Shown here piece after piece: positions 26,733-36,163 of a stretch of DNA of 49,796 bases (positions are counted from its first letter, which is position 1; every line of letters begins with the position of its first letter). The stretch is from Candidatus Hydrogenedentota bacterium (GTDB lineage: Bacteria > Hydrogenedentota > Hydrogenedentia > Hydrogenedentales > SLHB01), in contig JADLCA010000463.1 in the NCBI GenBank assembly GCA_020847495.1, positions 1 through 49,796 of the forward strand, in the 5' to 3' direction. A program made the position numbers and the translations under genes. Below the pieces are notes generated by a model. It searched no databases, was not told the DNA's origin, and saw only the letters and a program-made list of their open reading frames with translations.

Positions 26733-27178
26733 ACCTCAACTCCCTTGTACGAATATGCTGCCAGCACATGCGCTCGCGCGATGGGCAATGACTGTTCGCA
26801 GACACCGCGCACGGCCATCAACGCATAGGCGTGCACGATGCGATGCGGCTTGCCGTCGCGCGTTTCGGTGATGATGGCGAAGTGACGTGGTTCACCCTGC
26901 AACGAGAACAACAGTACGTCGCCCTCGCGCGGCGCGGGAGTTCGCTCGAAGAACTGCGCGCAGCCGCCGAGCAGCAGCGTCGGATCAGGCGTACGAGCGT
27001 ACGTGTGCAAGTCGCGCGCATCTGCCCATGCGCGGGCATTCGGCACGCCGACCGCGAGCGCGACGCCGCCAACCAATCCGATGCAGTCAACGCCGACGCC
27101 GCGCACGCGACCCTGATGCTTGTAGCGCGTGCCGATCCACGCGCGGGCCTGCTCGACGATGTCGCTGCGTCGGATCAC
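26729..27178 (-). CDS. NlpC/P60 family tail-associated peptidase (lambda K- or GTA gp14-like)
   Basis: Catalytic Cys context GVGVDCIGLV. His context PRHFAIIT. ATGA overlaps at both ends. Confidence 0.8.
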   Translation of the reverse strand: MIRRSDIVEQARAWIGTRYKHQGRVRGVGVDCIGLVGGVALAVGVPNARAWADARDLHTYARTPDPTLLLGGCAQFFERTPAPREGDVLLFSLQGEPRHFAIITETRDGKPHRIVHAYALMAVRGVCEQSLPIARAHVLAAYSYKGVEV

Positions 27179-28041
27179 TCGTGCCTGCCGATTTGGACGA
27201 GTTTATCGTTACCGCGCAACCACGGCTCGCCCCGGAAGTTGGCCGCGTTGTTGAACGTCCCGGCACACGTCGCGAAACGCCGATCACATCCGCGCGACAT
27301 CGTGTAATCGGCACCAGTCGCATCATAGGCAAACGGCGTCTTCGTAATCCAAAGCCCGACGATGTACGCCTTGATCTCGTACGACAAGCCCGCGTTGTCG
27401 CCGCTCGTGAAGGTTATCACGCCTTCATCGAAGTAACCATCTGGCTCTGTGCGCGCACTGTCATGCAGCGTGAAGAAATCTGAGTCCGCCGTATCGATAG
27501 TTCCACTCACCGTGCCCGAAGTTGGAGGTGAGCCAATTGCCGAAATATCAACCTTGCAGTGCCGGTCGCCGAGGCTCGCTCGGCACATCGGCTGCGTGAC
27601 AATGCCGATTGCCGTGCCGTAGTTTTCCATCAAGCCCAGCAGTTCGATGGAGAAAAAGTGCCGATGCGCCTGTGCCTCACCTAGCGTGCCCGCGCGCATT
27701 TTGTACTCGCCCATCGACAAGTCATCCCAGTTGACGGCGAAGATGTGGAAGGATGCGTGGTCCCATCGGCCGGCGCGCAGATCGTCCTCGGTGATTGAGG
27801 CGGAATCGAGCACGCCTTCTACGGTCAAGTTGTCCGTATCCAGATTTGAGCCAGACGCTACGTTGCTCGGCCTGAACGATGCAGTCGATTCGTACACCAA
27901 GCCATCAATAGTAAGCGGTTCGTCATGCGTGGTGAATCCATACACGGTGTCGTCCGTGCGCTGGATACGCATGCAGATCGCGATGCGCTGGAGCGCACCA
28001 GTCATCTCCGCCTTAAGAGCGATGCTTACCGTCTTGCTCAT
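27175..28041 (-). CDS. DUF2163 / BR0599-type distal tail protein (GTA gp13-like)
   Basis: C-terminal CDRRFATCAGTFNNAANFRGEPWL signature. Position is between the DUF2460 and NlpC/P60 genes. Confidence 0.75.
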   Translation of the reverse strand: MSKTVSIALKAEMTGALQRIAICMRIQRTDDTVYGFTTHDEPLTIDGLVYESTASFRPSNVASGSNLDTDNLTVEGVLDSASITEDDLRAGRWDHASFHIFAVNWDDLSMGEYKMRAGTLGEAQAHRHFFSIELLGLMENYGTAIGIVTQPMCRASLGDRHCKVDISAIGSPPTSGTVSGTIDTADSDFFTLHDSARTEPDGYFDEGVITFTSGDNAGLSYEIKAYIVGLWITKTPFAYDATGADYTMSRGCDRRFATCAGTFNNAANFRGEPWLRGNDKLVQIGRHE

Positions 28042-28631
28042 TAGTCGCGTACCTCAATGATCGGGATAGACTGCCAGCCTACCAGCAATTCCCCGCTCGG
28101 CATACGTTCGATAGTTTCAGAGCGCATGGCGTCTGTATCGAAACGGGCATGGACGTCAAACTCCCCATACCACGCGGATGGAGAGCCGCCTTCCACAATG
28201 CCGCTCGAGTAGCTTAGCGTTCCGCCGCCGGTAATCGTAATCGTACCGCTGACCGGCTTGGTGATTTTGCGGTAGTACGTCTGACCTCCGAACGTATAGA
28301 CTTTATACATCTGCATCCCAGTCGGGCTGCCGGTGTCCGCCGTCTGGAAAATACCCGACCCGTTCGCGCACTCAAAGTCCGTCCAGTCCTTGAATCGGAA
28401 CGAGTGCGCGCGGCCCTTGCATACCAGGAAGAACGCCTGCAATTTGCGCCATGCCTCTTCTCGACGCGCGGCGTGCGCCACGTCGAACCGCATGCGCTGC
28501 TGCGTCCAGTTCTGGTTGCGTGTTTCGAAGCCGCTGGCCGTCACCACGATATCGGTCAAGAACTCTGCGCCACCTTCGGCTCCCAGCGAGATCTTGGTCG
28601 GAAACCGAATGTCCAGGAAATTGGCGCTCAT
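28041..28631 (-). CDS. DUF2460 distal tail protein (GTA gp12-like)
   Basis: FPTKISLGAEGGAEFLTDIVVTASGFETRNQNW...RFD signature. It immediately follows the tape measure gene. Confidence 0.75.
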   Translation of the reverse strand: MSANFLDIRFPTKISLGAEGGAEFLTDIVVTASGFETRNQNWTQQRMRFDVAHAARREEAWRKLQAFFLVCKGRAHSFRFKDWTDFECANGSGIFQTADTGSPTGMQMYKVYTFGGQTYYRKITKPVSGTITITGGGTLSYSSGIVEGGSPSAWYGEFDVHARFDTDAMRSETIERMPSGELLVGWQSIPIIEVRD

Positions 28632-28632
28632 G

Positions 28633-31600
28633 TCAACGATCCTTTATCGCGCGGATAATGCCGTCGCGAGCCGCCGCGCCGATCTGGCGGGCAGACGCCG
28701 TAGTGGTCGACTGCGGCACATTGATGTTGACCGTAATGCCGCCCGTGAACATTTTCTTGAGCTCTTTGTTGGGCGTAACGGAGGAGCCACGCGGCAACTG
28801 CACCAGTTCCGGACCACGCTCGCCCACGAGAGCCATGCCGCCGGGGTGGAATGCCGTTCCATCGGCGTACGGGAACGGCCCTGCCGGTATGTTACTGCCG
28901 ATAGTGCCGTACCCCAGACCCCCACTGCTGCCCCCGAACATCTGTGAGAATAACCAACTGAGTGGATTGCCCCCACTGCTGCCCCCGAACATCTGTGAGA
29001 AGAACCCACCAACCCCGCTCGCCGGCCCGCCTTTGCCGAACAGCGCTGTCGCGATGTTCTGGGCGGCAATGTCGGCGATTGCCTTGGTGATGCTTTTGGC
29101 CATATCCTTGAAGGCTTGACTGATGCTCTTGGTGCCCGTGACCACATCCACCACCGAGTTGGCGAATTCCTCTGCGAACAGTTTGTTGAACTTATCCGCC
29201 ACCAAATCGGTCTGCGCAGCGACCTTCTCCAATTCGAGTTTGATCTGCTCCGCCTTGAGCATGTCCGCCGGATCACGTGAACGTTCTGCAATGGCAACGT
29301 AAGCGGCTGCGATCCGTTGCAGAATAGCCAGCTTTTCCTTGTTGGCTGCCGACGTTTGGTAGAGCGTATCCAGTTCGGAGATTGCCCCGGTTGCCTGCGC
29401 GATACCGAGCCGCTCTTGCGCGATTTCGGCATAGCCTACTGCGATCGAATATTCCTTGTAGACGTCAGTCAATTGGCTCTGGACTTCAAGCTGTTCCCGG
29501 ATAATCGCGAGCTGGGCCTGCCCTTCCAGGTTGTCACTGGAACGCAGCAGATTGCCGAGCGCACGGTTTTGGATGTCAAAGCGCAGGATTGCCGCTTCCG
29601 CGGTATTGCCTTTGATCTCCAAAATCTTGGCGTTGAGTTCGATCAGCTGATCGATATAGGCTTGCGTAGCCTTCTGGCGGTCGCGATCCAAGCCGGCGGC
29701 GTTATTGGCTGCGTCGCGGCGAGCGTTATCTTGCTTGGCACGCACGTCGTCCAGTTTGTTGCGCAGGTCTTCTTGATCGGTCAGCTTCTTGGCCGTCTGG
29801 ATACTGCGCTCGATGGCCAGTGCTTCTTGATCGTAATACGCGAGTGTGCTCTGCAGTGCTTGATCGCGTGCATCCTGAAGCTGGTTATAGTAGCTCTCAA
29901 CAGAGAGCAAACCGTCTTCGTAGGTATCCCGCAGGAACGACTCACGCCCGGATAGCAGGTCTTTCTCACGAGCAATGCTGGCTTCGAGCGCCTTGAGTTG
30001 ACCATCCAGGATCTTGCGGGTCGGATCATCGACACCACCTTTGTTCTTCTTGGCGTACTTGTCTCGGATACGCTTTTCGATCTCGGCATCAAACAACGGC
30101 CCCAGTTCTTCTTTGGCCTTGGCCAGTTCGGCGTTCAGCTTCTCGGTATCAGTGGCGAGATCTTGCAGATATTTCTTGTACTTCTCTTTCTGCCCACCCT
30201 CTTCGATGACTCGTTGCACTGACGACACCGTGCGCAATTTGTTGGCAAGCCGATCCGCCATCTCGTCCAATGTGATCGCTTCTACCAAGTCGGCACGGCT
30301 ACCGGTCTTGCGCAAAGCTTCGGCGCGAGCGCGCAATTCGGCGAGTTTCTCGGCTCGTTCACCGCCGCCCCGCGCAAGCGCAGCTTCCGGCCCGCCGCCT
30401 TCGATCAACCCCGCACGTTGTTTGAGCTTTTCGATCTGCTTGTCCAGATCGTTGACAATTTCCTGAGTGCTCCGAGACATCGCGTTCTGGGCTTTGACCG
30501 CTGCCTCTTCTGACTTAGAACTCCAAAGCTGCCATGCGGCAATGCCGAGACCAAGAGCGGTCGTAACCGCACCAATCGGCCCGCCCAGGAAACCCAGCGC
30601 ACGGCTGAGTACCTTAGACGAAGCGGTCGTACCCGCTTGCGCGGCGGCGAGTGAAGCTTGTGCGGTCGCAAGCTGGGCAGTGGTCGCTGCTTGCGCCTTA
30701 CCAAGCATCGCCAAGTCCGCGATCAGGGCGACCGTATGCGCCCGCGTAGCTGCCGTGCGGACTCCAGTTGCTTGCGCGGCCACCAATTCGGCCGAAGTCT
30801 GGGCGCGGGCGGCGACAATCGTAGCTTCTGTTGCCTGGAGCCGTGCGACTTCAGCCGCAACGGCTTCGATCTTTACCGCGCGGTTGGCCTTGACTGCGGC
30901 GGCTTCGGCTACCGTAGAGGCGATCGATTGCTCGATAGCAATAACATTACGCAAGAATACATCAGCGAGCTTGGTCGCGCCAAACCCGAGAGCGGCTGCG
31001 ATCAATACGTCTATGTTCTTGGCGATCAGCAGGATGCCCTTCGCCAACACCGTGGTCTGGCCCGCCGATTGAAATGTTGTACCGATGAACCGTTGGAGTT
31101 CGTTCTGTGCGACAGTCATCGCACCCGAAATCGTAACCGGGATCTTTGCAAACTCCGCGTCGACCCGCTCCAAGCCCTTCGAGAAACCCTCCACAAAGAC
31201 ATCGGTAGTGATCTCGCCTTCGTTGGACATCTCCCGCAACTGGCCAACCGTCTTGCCCAAGCCGTCGCCCAAGGCCCGCATGATGCGGTTCGCCTGCTCG
31301 TTGACGGTGTTGAACTCTTGTCCGCGCAGCTTGCCCGCCGCCAACGCTTGAGACAACTGCACAATGGCACCGCGCGCAGAAGTACCCGTAGCCCCGCTGA
31401 TGATCAATGCCTTGTTGATCCCATCCGTAATGCGCAGCAGGTCGCGCTCGCTTACCCCAACGTCTTGCGTGGCGTTCGCGAGTTGGTAGTACAGATCAAC
31501 CGTGCCGGACAGCGATTGACGAGTGTTCTGGGAGATACCAAACAACTGCGTCTGCAGGCTGGCCAGATGCTCTTGTGAACTTGTAAAGATAGACAGACGA

Positions 31601-31857
31601 GCATTAGCGTTCTGATACTCGTCGGACAGGCGCACGAGTTCGCTCACACCAAAGGCGCCAACCGCGCCCTTGAGTGTACGCTCCAACGACTTGAGTGAGC
31701 CAGCGTGCTCGTCAACCGCGCGGGTGGCCGTGCGCATCGACCGTTCGGTCGTGGTAGCGTACCGCTGCGCTTGCTGTTCCGCTTTGCTCAGACCGGCGGT
31801 GTAATCCCCCGCATCCAGACCGAGACGGACTACCAGAGAGCCAAGAGAACTAGCCAT
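28633..31857 (-). CDS. tail tape measure protein
   Basis: 1074 aa, largely alpha-helical and low in complexity. Tape-measure core motif ...GKTVGQLREMSNEGEITTDVFVEGF. It lies downstream of the G/GT chaperones. Confidence 0.9.
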   Translation of the reverse strand: MASSLGSLVVRLGLDAGDYTAGLSKAEQQAQRYATTTERSMRTATRAVDEHAGSLKSLERTLKGAVGAFGVSELVRLSDEYQNANARLSIFTSSQEHLASLQTQLFGISQNTRQSLSGTVDLYYQLANATQDVGVSERDLLRITDGINKALIISGATGTSARGAIVQLSQALAAGKLRGQEFNTVNEQANRIMRALGDGLGKTVGQLREMSNEGEITTDVFVEGFSKGLERVDAEFAKIPVTISGAMTVAQNELQRFIGTTFQSAGQTTVLAKGILLIAKNIDVLIAAALGFGATKLADVFLRNVIAIEQSIASTVAEAAAVKANRAVKIEAVAAEVARLQATEATIVAARAQTSAELVAAQATGVRTAATRAHTVALIADLAMLGKAQAATTAQLATAQASLAAAQAGTTASSKVLSRALGFLGGPIGAVTTALGLGIAAWQLWSSKSEEAAVKAQNAMSRSTQEIVNDLDKQIEKLKQRAGLIEGGGPEAALARGGGERAEKLAELRARAEALRKTGSRADLVEAITLDEMADRLANKLRTVSSVQRVIEEGGQKEKYKKYLQDLATDTEKLNAELAKAKEELGPLFDAEIEKRIRDKYAKKNKGGVDDPTRKILDGQLKALEASIAREKDLLSGRESFLRDTYEDGLLSVESYYNQLQDARDQALQSTLAYYDQEALAIERSIQTAKKLTDQEDLRNKLDDVRAKQDNARRDAANNAAGLDRDRQKATQAYIDQLIELNAKILEIKGNTAEAAILRFDIQNRALGNLLRSSDNLEGQAQLAIIREQLEVQSQLTDVYKEYSIAVGYAEIAQERLGIAQATGAISELDTLYQTSAANKEKLAILQRIAAAYVAIAERSRDPADMLKAEQIKLELEKVAAQTDLVADKFNKLFAEEFANSVVDVVTGTKSISQAFKDMAKSITKAIADIAAQNIATALFGKGGPASGVGGFFSQMFGGSSGGNPLSWLFSQMFGGSSGGLGYGTIGSNIPAGPFPYADGTAFHPGGMALVGERGPELVQLPRGSSVTPNKELKKMFTGGITVNINVPQSTTTASARQIGAAARDGIIRAIKDR

Positions 31858-32185
31858 TTGTGCGCTTCCTCTTCTGTCCGATCCGAATTACCTTGACCCC
31901 GCCTGCCATTGCCCCGATTACTTCCGCCCCGGTTTCGGCGGTGTCTTGCTTTTGCGCTTGCTGTACTCTTACGTCGAACAAGAAGTCTTGAACGCTGTAC
32001 TCCGGGCCGCCCCACAGCCGCGCCAGCAACGACACATGCAGTGTGAGTTGAGCCATGTAATACTCCATGCGACGCAACGGGAGCAATTTCGCATGACGGT
32101 ACAAATACCACTGTTCGAACTCAGCTACTGGCATCTCCCGTTCGAGCTGAGTGACTGTCTTACCAAGCGCCAGCGCCAGTTCCAT
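31850..32185 (-). CDS. tail assembly chaperone T-segment (expressed as a G-T fusion, 31850..32550, by -1 frameshift)
   Basis: This frame is -1 relative to gene 32206..32550. It stays open upstream across the slippery site. Confidence 0.6.
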   Translation of the reverse strand: MELALALGKTVTQLEREMPVAEFEQWYLYRHAKLLPLRRMEYYMAQLTLHVSLLARLWGGPEYSVQDFLFDVRVQQAQKQDTAETGAEVIGAMAGGVKVIRIGQKRKRTNG

Positions 32186-32205
32186 CTTGAATTCCTGGCG
32201 CGGGG

Positions 32206-32550
32206 TCAGTTTGGGTTGATGGCCCCCTTTGCGTCGTGACCGTCAGCGGCATTGACGATCGCATGGAACACCGTCTCCGGCTGGCGGGCCAACAACGCAA
32301 TCAACCGCTCCTGGACGTCCAGCGGGAACCGCTTGCCTTGCTCGTCGCACAGCAGCCGCGCCACCGACGGTGCGAAGAACCCGTTGGGGGAATCAGCATT
32401 CGCTTCGCGCACGGTTGCCATTTGCTCGAATTCCAGCACCGTACGCTTACGAACGTACAGCGTACCGACACCGGGAACGGCGACCGCGATGGGCCGCTCC
32501 ACAGTGCCGGCGTTGACTTCCAACTGCTTCAACAGTTCTTCGATATCCAT
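32206..32550 (-). CDS. tail assembly chaperone (gpG-like)
   Basis: 114 aa. It lies between the major tail protein and the tape measure genes. A slippery heptamer sits 6 codons before its stop. Confidence 0.7.
   Translation of the reverse strand: MDIEELLKQLEVNAGTVERPIAVAVPGVGTLYVRKRTVLEFEQMATVREANADSPNGFFAPSVARLLCDEQGKRFPLDVQERLIALLARQPETVFHAIVNAADGHDAKGAINPN
32224..32230 (-). promoter_or_regulatory. -1 programmed ribosomal frameshift slippery heptamer A_AAG_GGG
   Basis: The minus strand reads GC A AAG GGG GCC in the G frame. The -1 frame continues ...RKGGHQPKLTPRQEFKMEL... into ORF 31850..32185. Confidence 0.6.
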
Positions 32551-32585
32551 GGCGATGCCTCCCGTGGGCTACGATGTTATTGTGA

Positions 32586-33242
32586 TTACAGCACGAAGAT
32601 CGGGCCAGTCAGCTTAATCGTCGCCGAGCCGGACCACACACCGTTCACCTGACCGGACACGCTCTGCTGTTGCACCGTGCCGATCATGATCAGCGTGCCG
32701 CCGCTGCCGGGGAACGTGATCTTGAACGCCAGTTGCGTACCGGCGACCTTGGCGGTGCGCAGGGCGGTCTGCACGGTGGAGTTCGGAGCCGCGTTGTAGT
32801 CCAGTTGCAGCGTGCCCGAGTCCGACAACCCTTGCTCGAATTCCTTGGCCGTCGAGCAGATGGTCGTGACTTCGATCTGATCCGCCGCACCGTCTTGCTG
32901 GTTGGCCCCGGTCAGTTCGCAGAAGTTCGAAAAGTCGACCTCCTGGATGATGCCGCCGCTGGTGTACGCATCCGCTTCCGTGGTGTCTTCGCCGGCCAGT
33001 TCGAACGACGTACCCGCGACGACACCGTCAGCGACGTACAGGTTGTCGTTCAGGTTGGTCATGCCGGCCACCCCGGAGATCTTGACGACGCTGCCGTCGA
33101 CGAGCGGATGGCCGGTGACGGTCACGACCGCCGGATCGGCTTGCGTGATGGCCGTGATGTTGTTCACCGGGCTGGTGCCCAGGAACCCCGTTTGCACCTG
33201 GAATTGCGAACCGTTGAATTTGTACCGCAGACCTTGGGACAT
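32586..33242 (-). CDS. major tail (tube) protein
   Basis: 218 aa, beta-rich. It lies immediately upstream of the chaperone pair. An internal segment, AVVTVTGHPLVDGSVVKISGVAGMTNLNDNLYV, resembles an inserted small beta domain. Confidence 0.75.
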   Translation of the reverse strand: MSQGLRYKFNGSQFQVQTGFLGTSPVNNITAITQADPAVVTVTGHPLVDGSVVKISGVAGMTNLNDNLYVADGVVAGTSFELAGEDTTEADAYTSGGIIQEVDFSNFCELTGANQQDGAADQIEVTTICSTAKEFEQGLSDSGTLQLDYNAAPNSTVQTALRTAKVAGTQLAFKITFPGSGGTLIMIGTVQQQSVSGQVNGVWSGSATIKLTGPIFVL

Positions 33243-33275
33243 GACTTGCTCCTTACGTTGAAATTGCGAGGGAGA

Positions 33276-33683
33276 TTACGGACTGCCTGCCGGGGTAGAA
33301 CCGTAGAACGTGTAACGCAAAATACCGCGATAAGTTTTGGTTTCTTCGTCGTACTCTTCCTGGTAGAAATCCCGCGTGCAGGGCGGGTCAGTAACTTCCA
33401 GAACTGCAACCACAGACGTGACCAATGACTTCATCGCGCCGTACGTGCGCGCAACTACGTCGATCTGCACCGTAGTGTCGTCTGTGTCCTCGTCATCGGT
33501 GCCGTCGATGGTAGGCGGGTTGACCGCTCCGATCTGCTGGTAACGAATCGCCGGCCATGTCGGGTAATTGAGACTCCCAGTGCTGGTAGACGGCGGGTTG
33601 ATCAGCTCCTGCGGGAATTGATTGGGGTAGCAGCGTCCGTTGACCAGAGTCTGCAGAGCGGTATATATCACGCCGCTGATCAT
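33276..33683 (-). CDS. DUF3168-type tail completion / tail terminator protein
   Basis: 135 aa. Its position between the gp10-like and tube protein genes fits. The N-terminal pattern is typical of the family. Confidence 0.6.
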   Translation of the reverse strand: MISGVIYTALQTLVNGRCYPNQFPQELINPPSTSTGSLNYPTWPAIRYQQIGAVNPPTIDGTDDEDTDDTTVQIDVVARTYGAMKSLVTSVVAVLEVTDPPCTRDFYQEEYDEETKTYRGILRYTFYGSTPAGSP

Positions 33684-34162
33684 GGCCGCACCTTCGCCCG
33701 TTGAAAAATACGTTCTTCCAACTTGGCCTTCATAGCATCCGTGACCTTCTGTAAATTCTCGCTCAACGCAGGCTCGATAAACGGTCGTGCGGGTTGCTTG
33801 ACCGTACCGAGCTCGTTAAACTTCCAATAGAAGGTGGGCGGGTCCATCAGATACTTCTTGCCAGCGCGCCCTTTGCGTACGTTCTCACGAGTGTTGGCGT
33901 ACACGCCGAACACCTTGAACACACTCACTGCACGTACTTCAAAGCCGGGTCGGCTGTTGACTTTGTCGCGCAGGCTTTCGATGGACTTCTTCAGCTTGCC
34001 GCTTTTGACCGGAGCGTTGCGTCGAGCCGCCAACACGATCACCCGCGCACCGGCAGTGACCGCTTGCCGGACCGCCTTTTTCTGCATGTCTTCACGCATG
34101 CCCGCCAGCGCAACCCCAAGCGGTTGCAGCCCTGTGACCTTGAACGAGAGCCCCTTAGCCAT
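33680..34162 (-). CDS. HK97 gp10-family head-tail joining protein
   Basis: Start at 34162. Contains ...APVKSGKLKKSI...TVKQPARPFIEPAL. Confidence 0.7.
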   Translation of the reverse strand: MAKGLSFKVTGLQPLGVALAGMREDMQKKAVRQAVTAGARVIVLAARRNAPVKSGKLKKSIESLRDKVNSRPGFEVRAVSVFKVFGVYANTRENVRKGRAGKKYLMDPPTFYWKFNELGTVKQPARPFIEPALSENLQKVTDAMKAKLEERIFQRAKVRP

Positions 34163-34496
34163 CGTTGACCCCACTCTTGGCCATGATCTCGACTTCGCGT
34201 TGCTCCAGGTACAAATGGGCGACGCTAACAAAGTTAAAGATCGAACCTTGGTGCTCGCCGCGGTGAGCGGTCGTGATCTGGCTGGTAATGTCGTTCCAAC
34301 GTACCTTGATACGCGTATCCATTTCGCCAGCAATCTGGTCGCCCAACAAGCGTTCCCGGCCGCGCATCGGTTCGATGGATGCCCACACGGCGCCGATGGT
34401 CGTCCAGGTGGGCACCAGTTCGCCGGTCGTCCCATCCTGCGCCATGACTGGCGCTTGGATGTTCAGACGATGCCGCTTGGCGCCGATCTGCATCAC
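34155..34496 (-). CDS. head-tail adaptor / head closure protein (SPP1 gp16 / HK97 gp9-like)
   Basis: RHRLNIQAPV...DGTTGELVPTW...VWASIEPMRGRE pattern. Confidence 0.7.
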   Translation of the reverse strand: MMQIGAKRHRLNIQAPVMAQDGTTGELVPTWTTIGAVWASIEPMRGRERLLGDQIAGEMDTRIKVRWNDITSQITTAHRGEHQGSIFNFVSVAHLYLEQREVEIMAKSGVNDG

Positions 34497-35209
34497 GCCA
34501 TCCCGCGTCGGAAGCGCTCCGGGTACAGCAACGCTTTGACGCCCATCTCGATTTCTCGAGGAAGTTGGCTCAGCGTCTCGGTGTTGGATCTGTTCTCGTA
34601 GAAGTGAGTGAGCAACAGCAAGATCGCGGCCGTGTACGTGGCGGGCATGCCGAGTTCAAACGGACTGGCTCCGTCCGCATCGTAACCTGCATTGAATCGA
34701 ATACGAACAGCATTGGGGCGGTCATAAGTCGCGGGCCAACCGGAACCAGGAGCCGGGAACAACCGCCCTTCGTCGGTGTATGGATCGAACGCGTACCCGG
34801 TCGGGCTACCACTCAAGTCAACATCTAGGTTATTGGCATCGGCATAGATCACCGAATTGATCGAGCGGGCGGGGCCGATTGGGAACCGGATGTAATCGTA
34901 TTGCGAAGAGTACAGCGCAACCGGATAGTCAGAGTACCCCCGCACTGGGAAGCAGCGCAAAGTGAGTTCGTATTCTTGGTATGCGAGCGCTCGCCCCGAG
35001 AGCACTTCGCAATGCTGTCTTGCGGCCGGCAGGTAGACCGATTGAATCAGATTGTCATCCGGGTGGGACAACGGACTGCCATAGAGGTCAAGCCGCAGAT
35101 GATTGCGGGCAGTCTCCAGCGTGATCGGTTCCGCCGCAGAACCGAGCGGGCGCGCGCTATGCCGTAGCAGTGCTTCTCTGTACCACGAAGGCGTCGAATA
35201 TGTAGGCAT
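34493..35209 (-). CDS. gp6-like head-tail connector (QLRG family) protein
   Basis: ITLETARNHLRLD opening motif. Position is at the head of the connector genes. Confidence 0.65.
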   Translation of the reverse strand: MPTYSTPSWYREALLRHSARPLGSAAEPITLETARNHLRLDLYGSPLSHPDDNLIQSVYLPAARQHCEVLSGRALAYQEYELTLRCFPVRGYSDYPVALYSSQYDYIRFPIGPARSINSVIYADANNLDVDLSGSPTGYAFDPYTDEGRLFPAPGSGWPATYDRPNAVRIRFNAGYDADGASPFELGMPATYTAAILLLLTHFYENRSNTETLSQLPREIEMGVKALLYPERFRRGMA

Positions 35210-35237
35210 TTCTCACCTGCGGGGCTGGATGGGTGAC

Positions 35238-35267
35238 ATTATACCGGCTGAGTTCTATTGAAAGCAA
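35238..35267 (-). promoter_or_regulatory. sigma70-like promoter candidate, TTGCTT-N18-TATAAT
   Basis: On the minus strand the -35 TTGCTT is at 35267-35262 and a perfect -10 TATAAT is at 35243-35238. It lies in the 66-bp gap between the island and the connector gene. Confidence 0.4.
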
Positions 35268-35275
35268 CTCGTAAA

Positions 35276-35959
35276 TTACTGGGCGTACTGCTCACATGCT
35301 CGATACCACAGATCAGCATGTTCGCAATCAGGCAACAACTCCGGAGTGCCGAGCGTATAGTGAGCAATCGCCGGGTTGGCCGGTTTCGGCTGCATGCCGA
35401 CCAGCCAGTTCCAATCCATCGGGAGTTCGCCAATCTCGTCATCATGCAGCCAGCCGAAAGCGTGCAGGTCGCGCCCCGGCCAACTGTTCAACGTGGTGAT
35501 GTTGAGTCGCCGATTGGCCGGATGATCAACGTTCCACAGAGTCACTGCTGACCAGAGTTTGCGAGGGTAGGCTGTCTGCACCTGCCCGTCCATCTTCTTG
35601 CCACCTACGTTGCCGACATCGTGCTTGACCACTTGCACCGCGTAACGCGAATCAGCCAACTGCATGAGTTCTTGGGCATCTCGCAAGAATACCATATCGC
35701 AGTCGGTGAAGAGTGCCCATCCAGTATGTGCGAGCAACGGCGTAAAGAATCGTGCAACCGCGAACGAGGTAGCTTGCGGCGCGTTGCTGACTAAGTCCCA
35801 CATCTGGCCGCGTCGATCTAACGGACGAGTCAGCAGCCCACTCGTACGTAGTGCATGCTCGTACAATGGCAACGGGGCAAAGCCATGAGCTCGCGCGGTC
35901 CCCATCGCGACGTCGAAGCTGCGTTGCTCCCTGTCTTCGTGCCCGATGTAAACCCGCAT
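35276..35959 (-). CDS. GT-A fold glycosyltransferase (GT8-like)
   Basis: N-terminal VYIGHEDREQRSFDV. DxD motif LFTDCDMVFL. It resembles the small phage-type nucleotide-sugar transferases. Confidence 0.65.
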   Translation of the reverse strand: MRVYIGHEDREQRSFDVAMGTARAHGFAPLPLYEHALRTSGLLTRPLDRRGQMWDLVSNAPQATSFAVARFFTPLLAHTGWALFTDCDMVFLRDAQELMQLADSRYAVQVVKHDVGNVGGKKMDGQVQTAYPRKLWSAVTLWNVDHPANRRLNITTLNSWPGRDLHAFGWLHDDEIGELPMDWNWLVGMQPKPANPAIAHYTLGTPELLPDCEHADLWYRACEQYAQ

Positions 35960-35960
35960 G

Positions 35961-36161
35961 TCAGTCCACCACGTAAATGTAGGGAAAATTGTCTTTGCCG
36001 CCTACCCGACGACAACAGGCGCCGCGTGCATGCACCGCGCCCGTCTTGCCGTACCACCGAGCTTCTCGAGCCTTGATCTGGCCTTTGCACACGACGCACC
36101 GCGCTTCACCGGGGCCACCATGCAGCACCGTCGCTTCCAGCTTGTCTTTCAGTGGATCCAT
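35961..36161 (-). CDS. small Cys-containing protein (66 aa)
   Basis: The ATG at 36161 lies 2 nt after the radical-SAM stop. Its stop lies 1 nt before the GT start. Contains CVVC...ACC. Confidence 0.4.
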   Translation of the reverse strand: MDPLKDKLEATVLHGGPGEARCVVCKGQIKAREARWYGKTGAVHARGACCRRVGGKDNFPYIYVVD

Positions 36162-36163
36162 GG

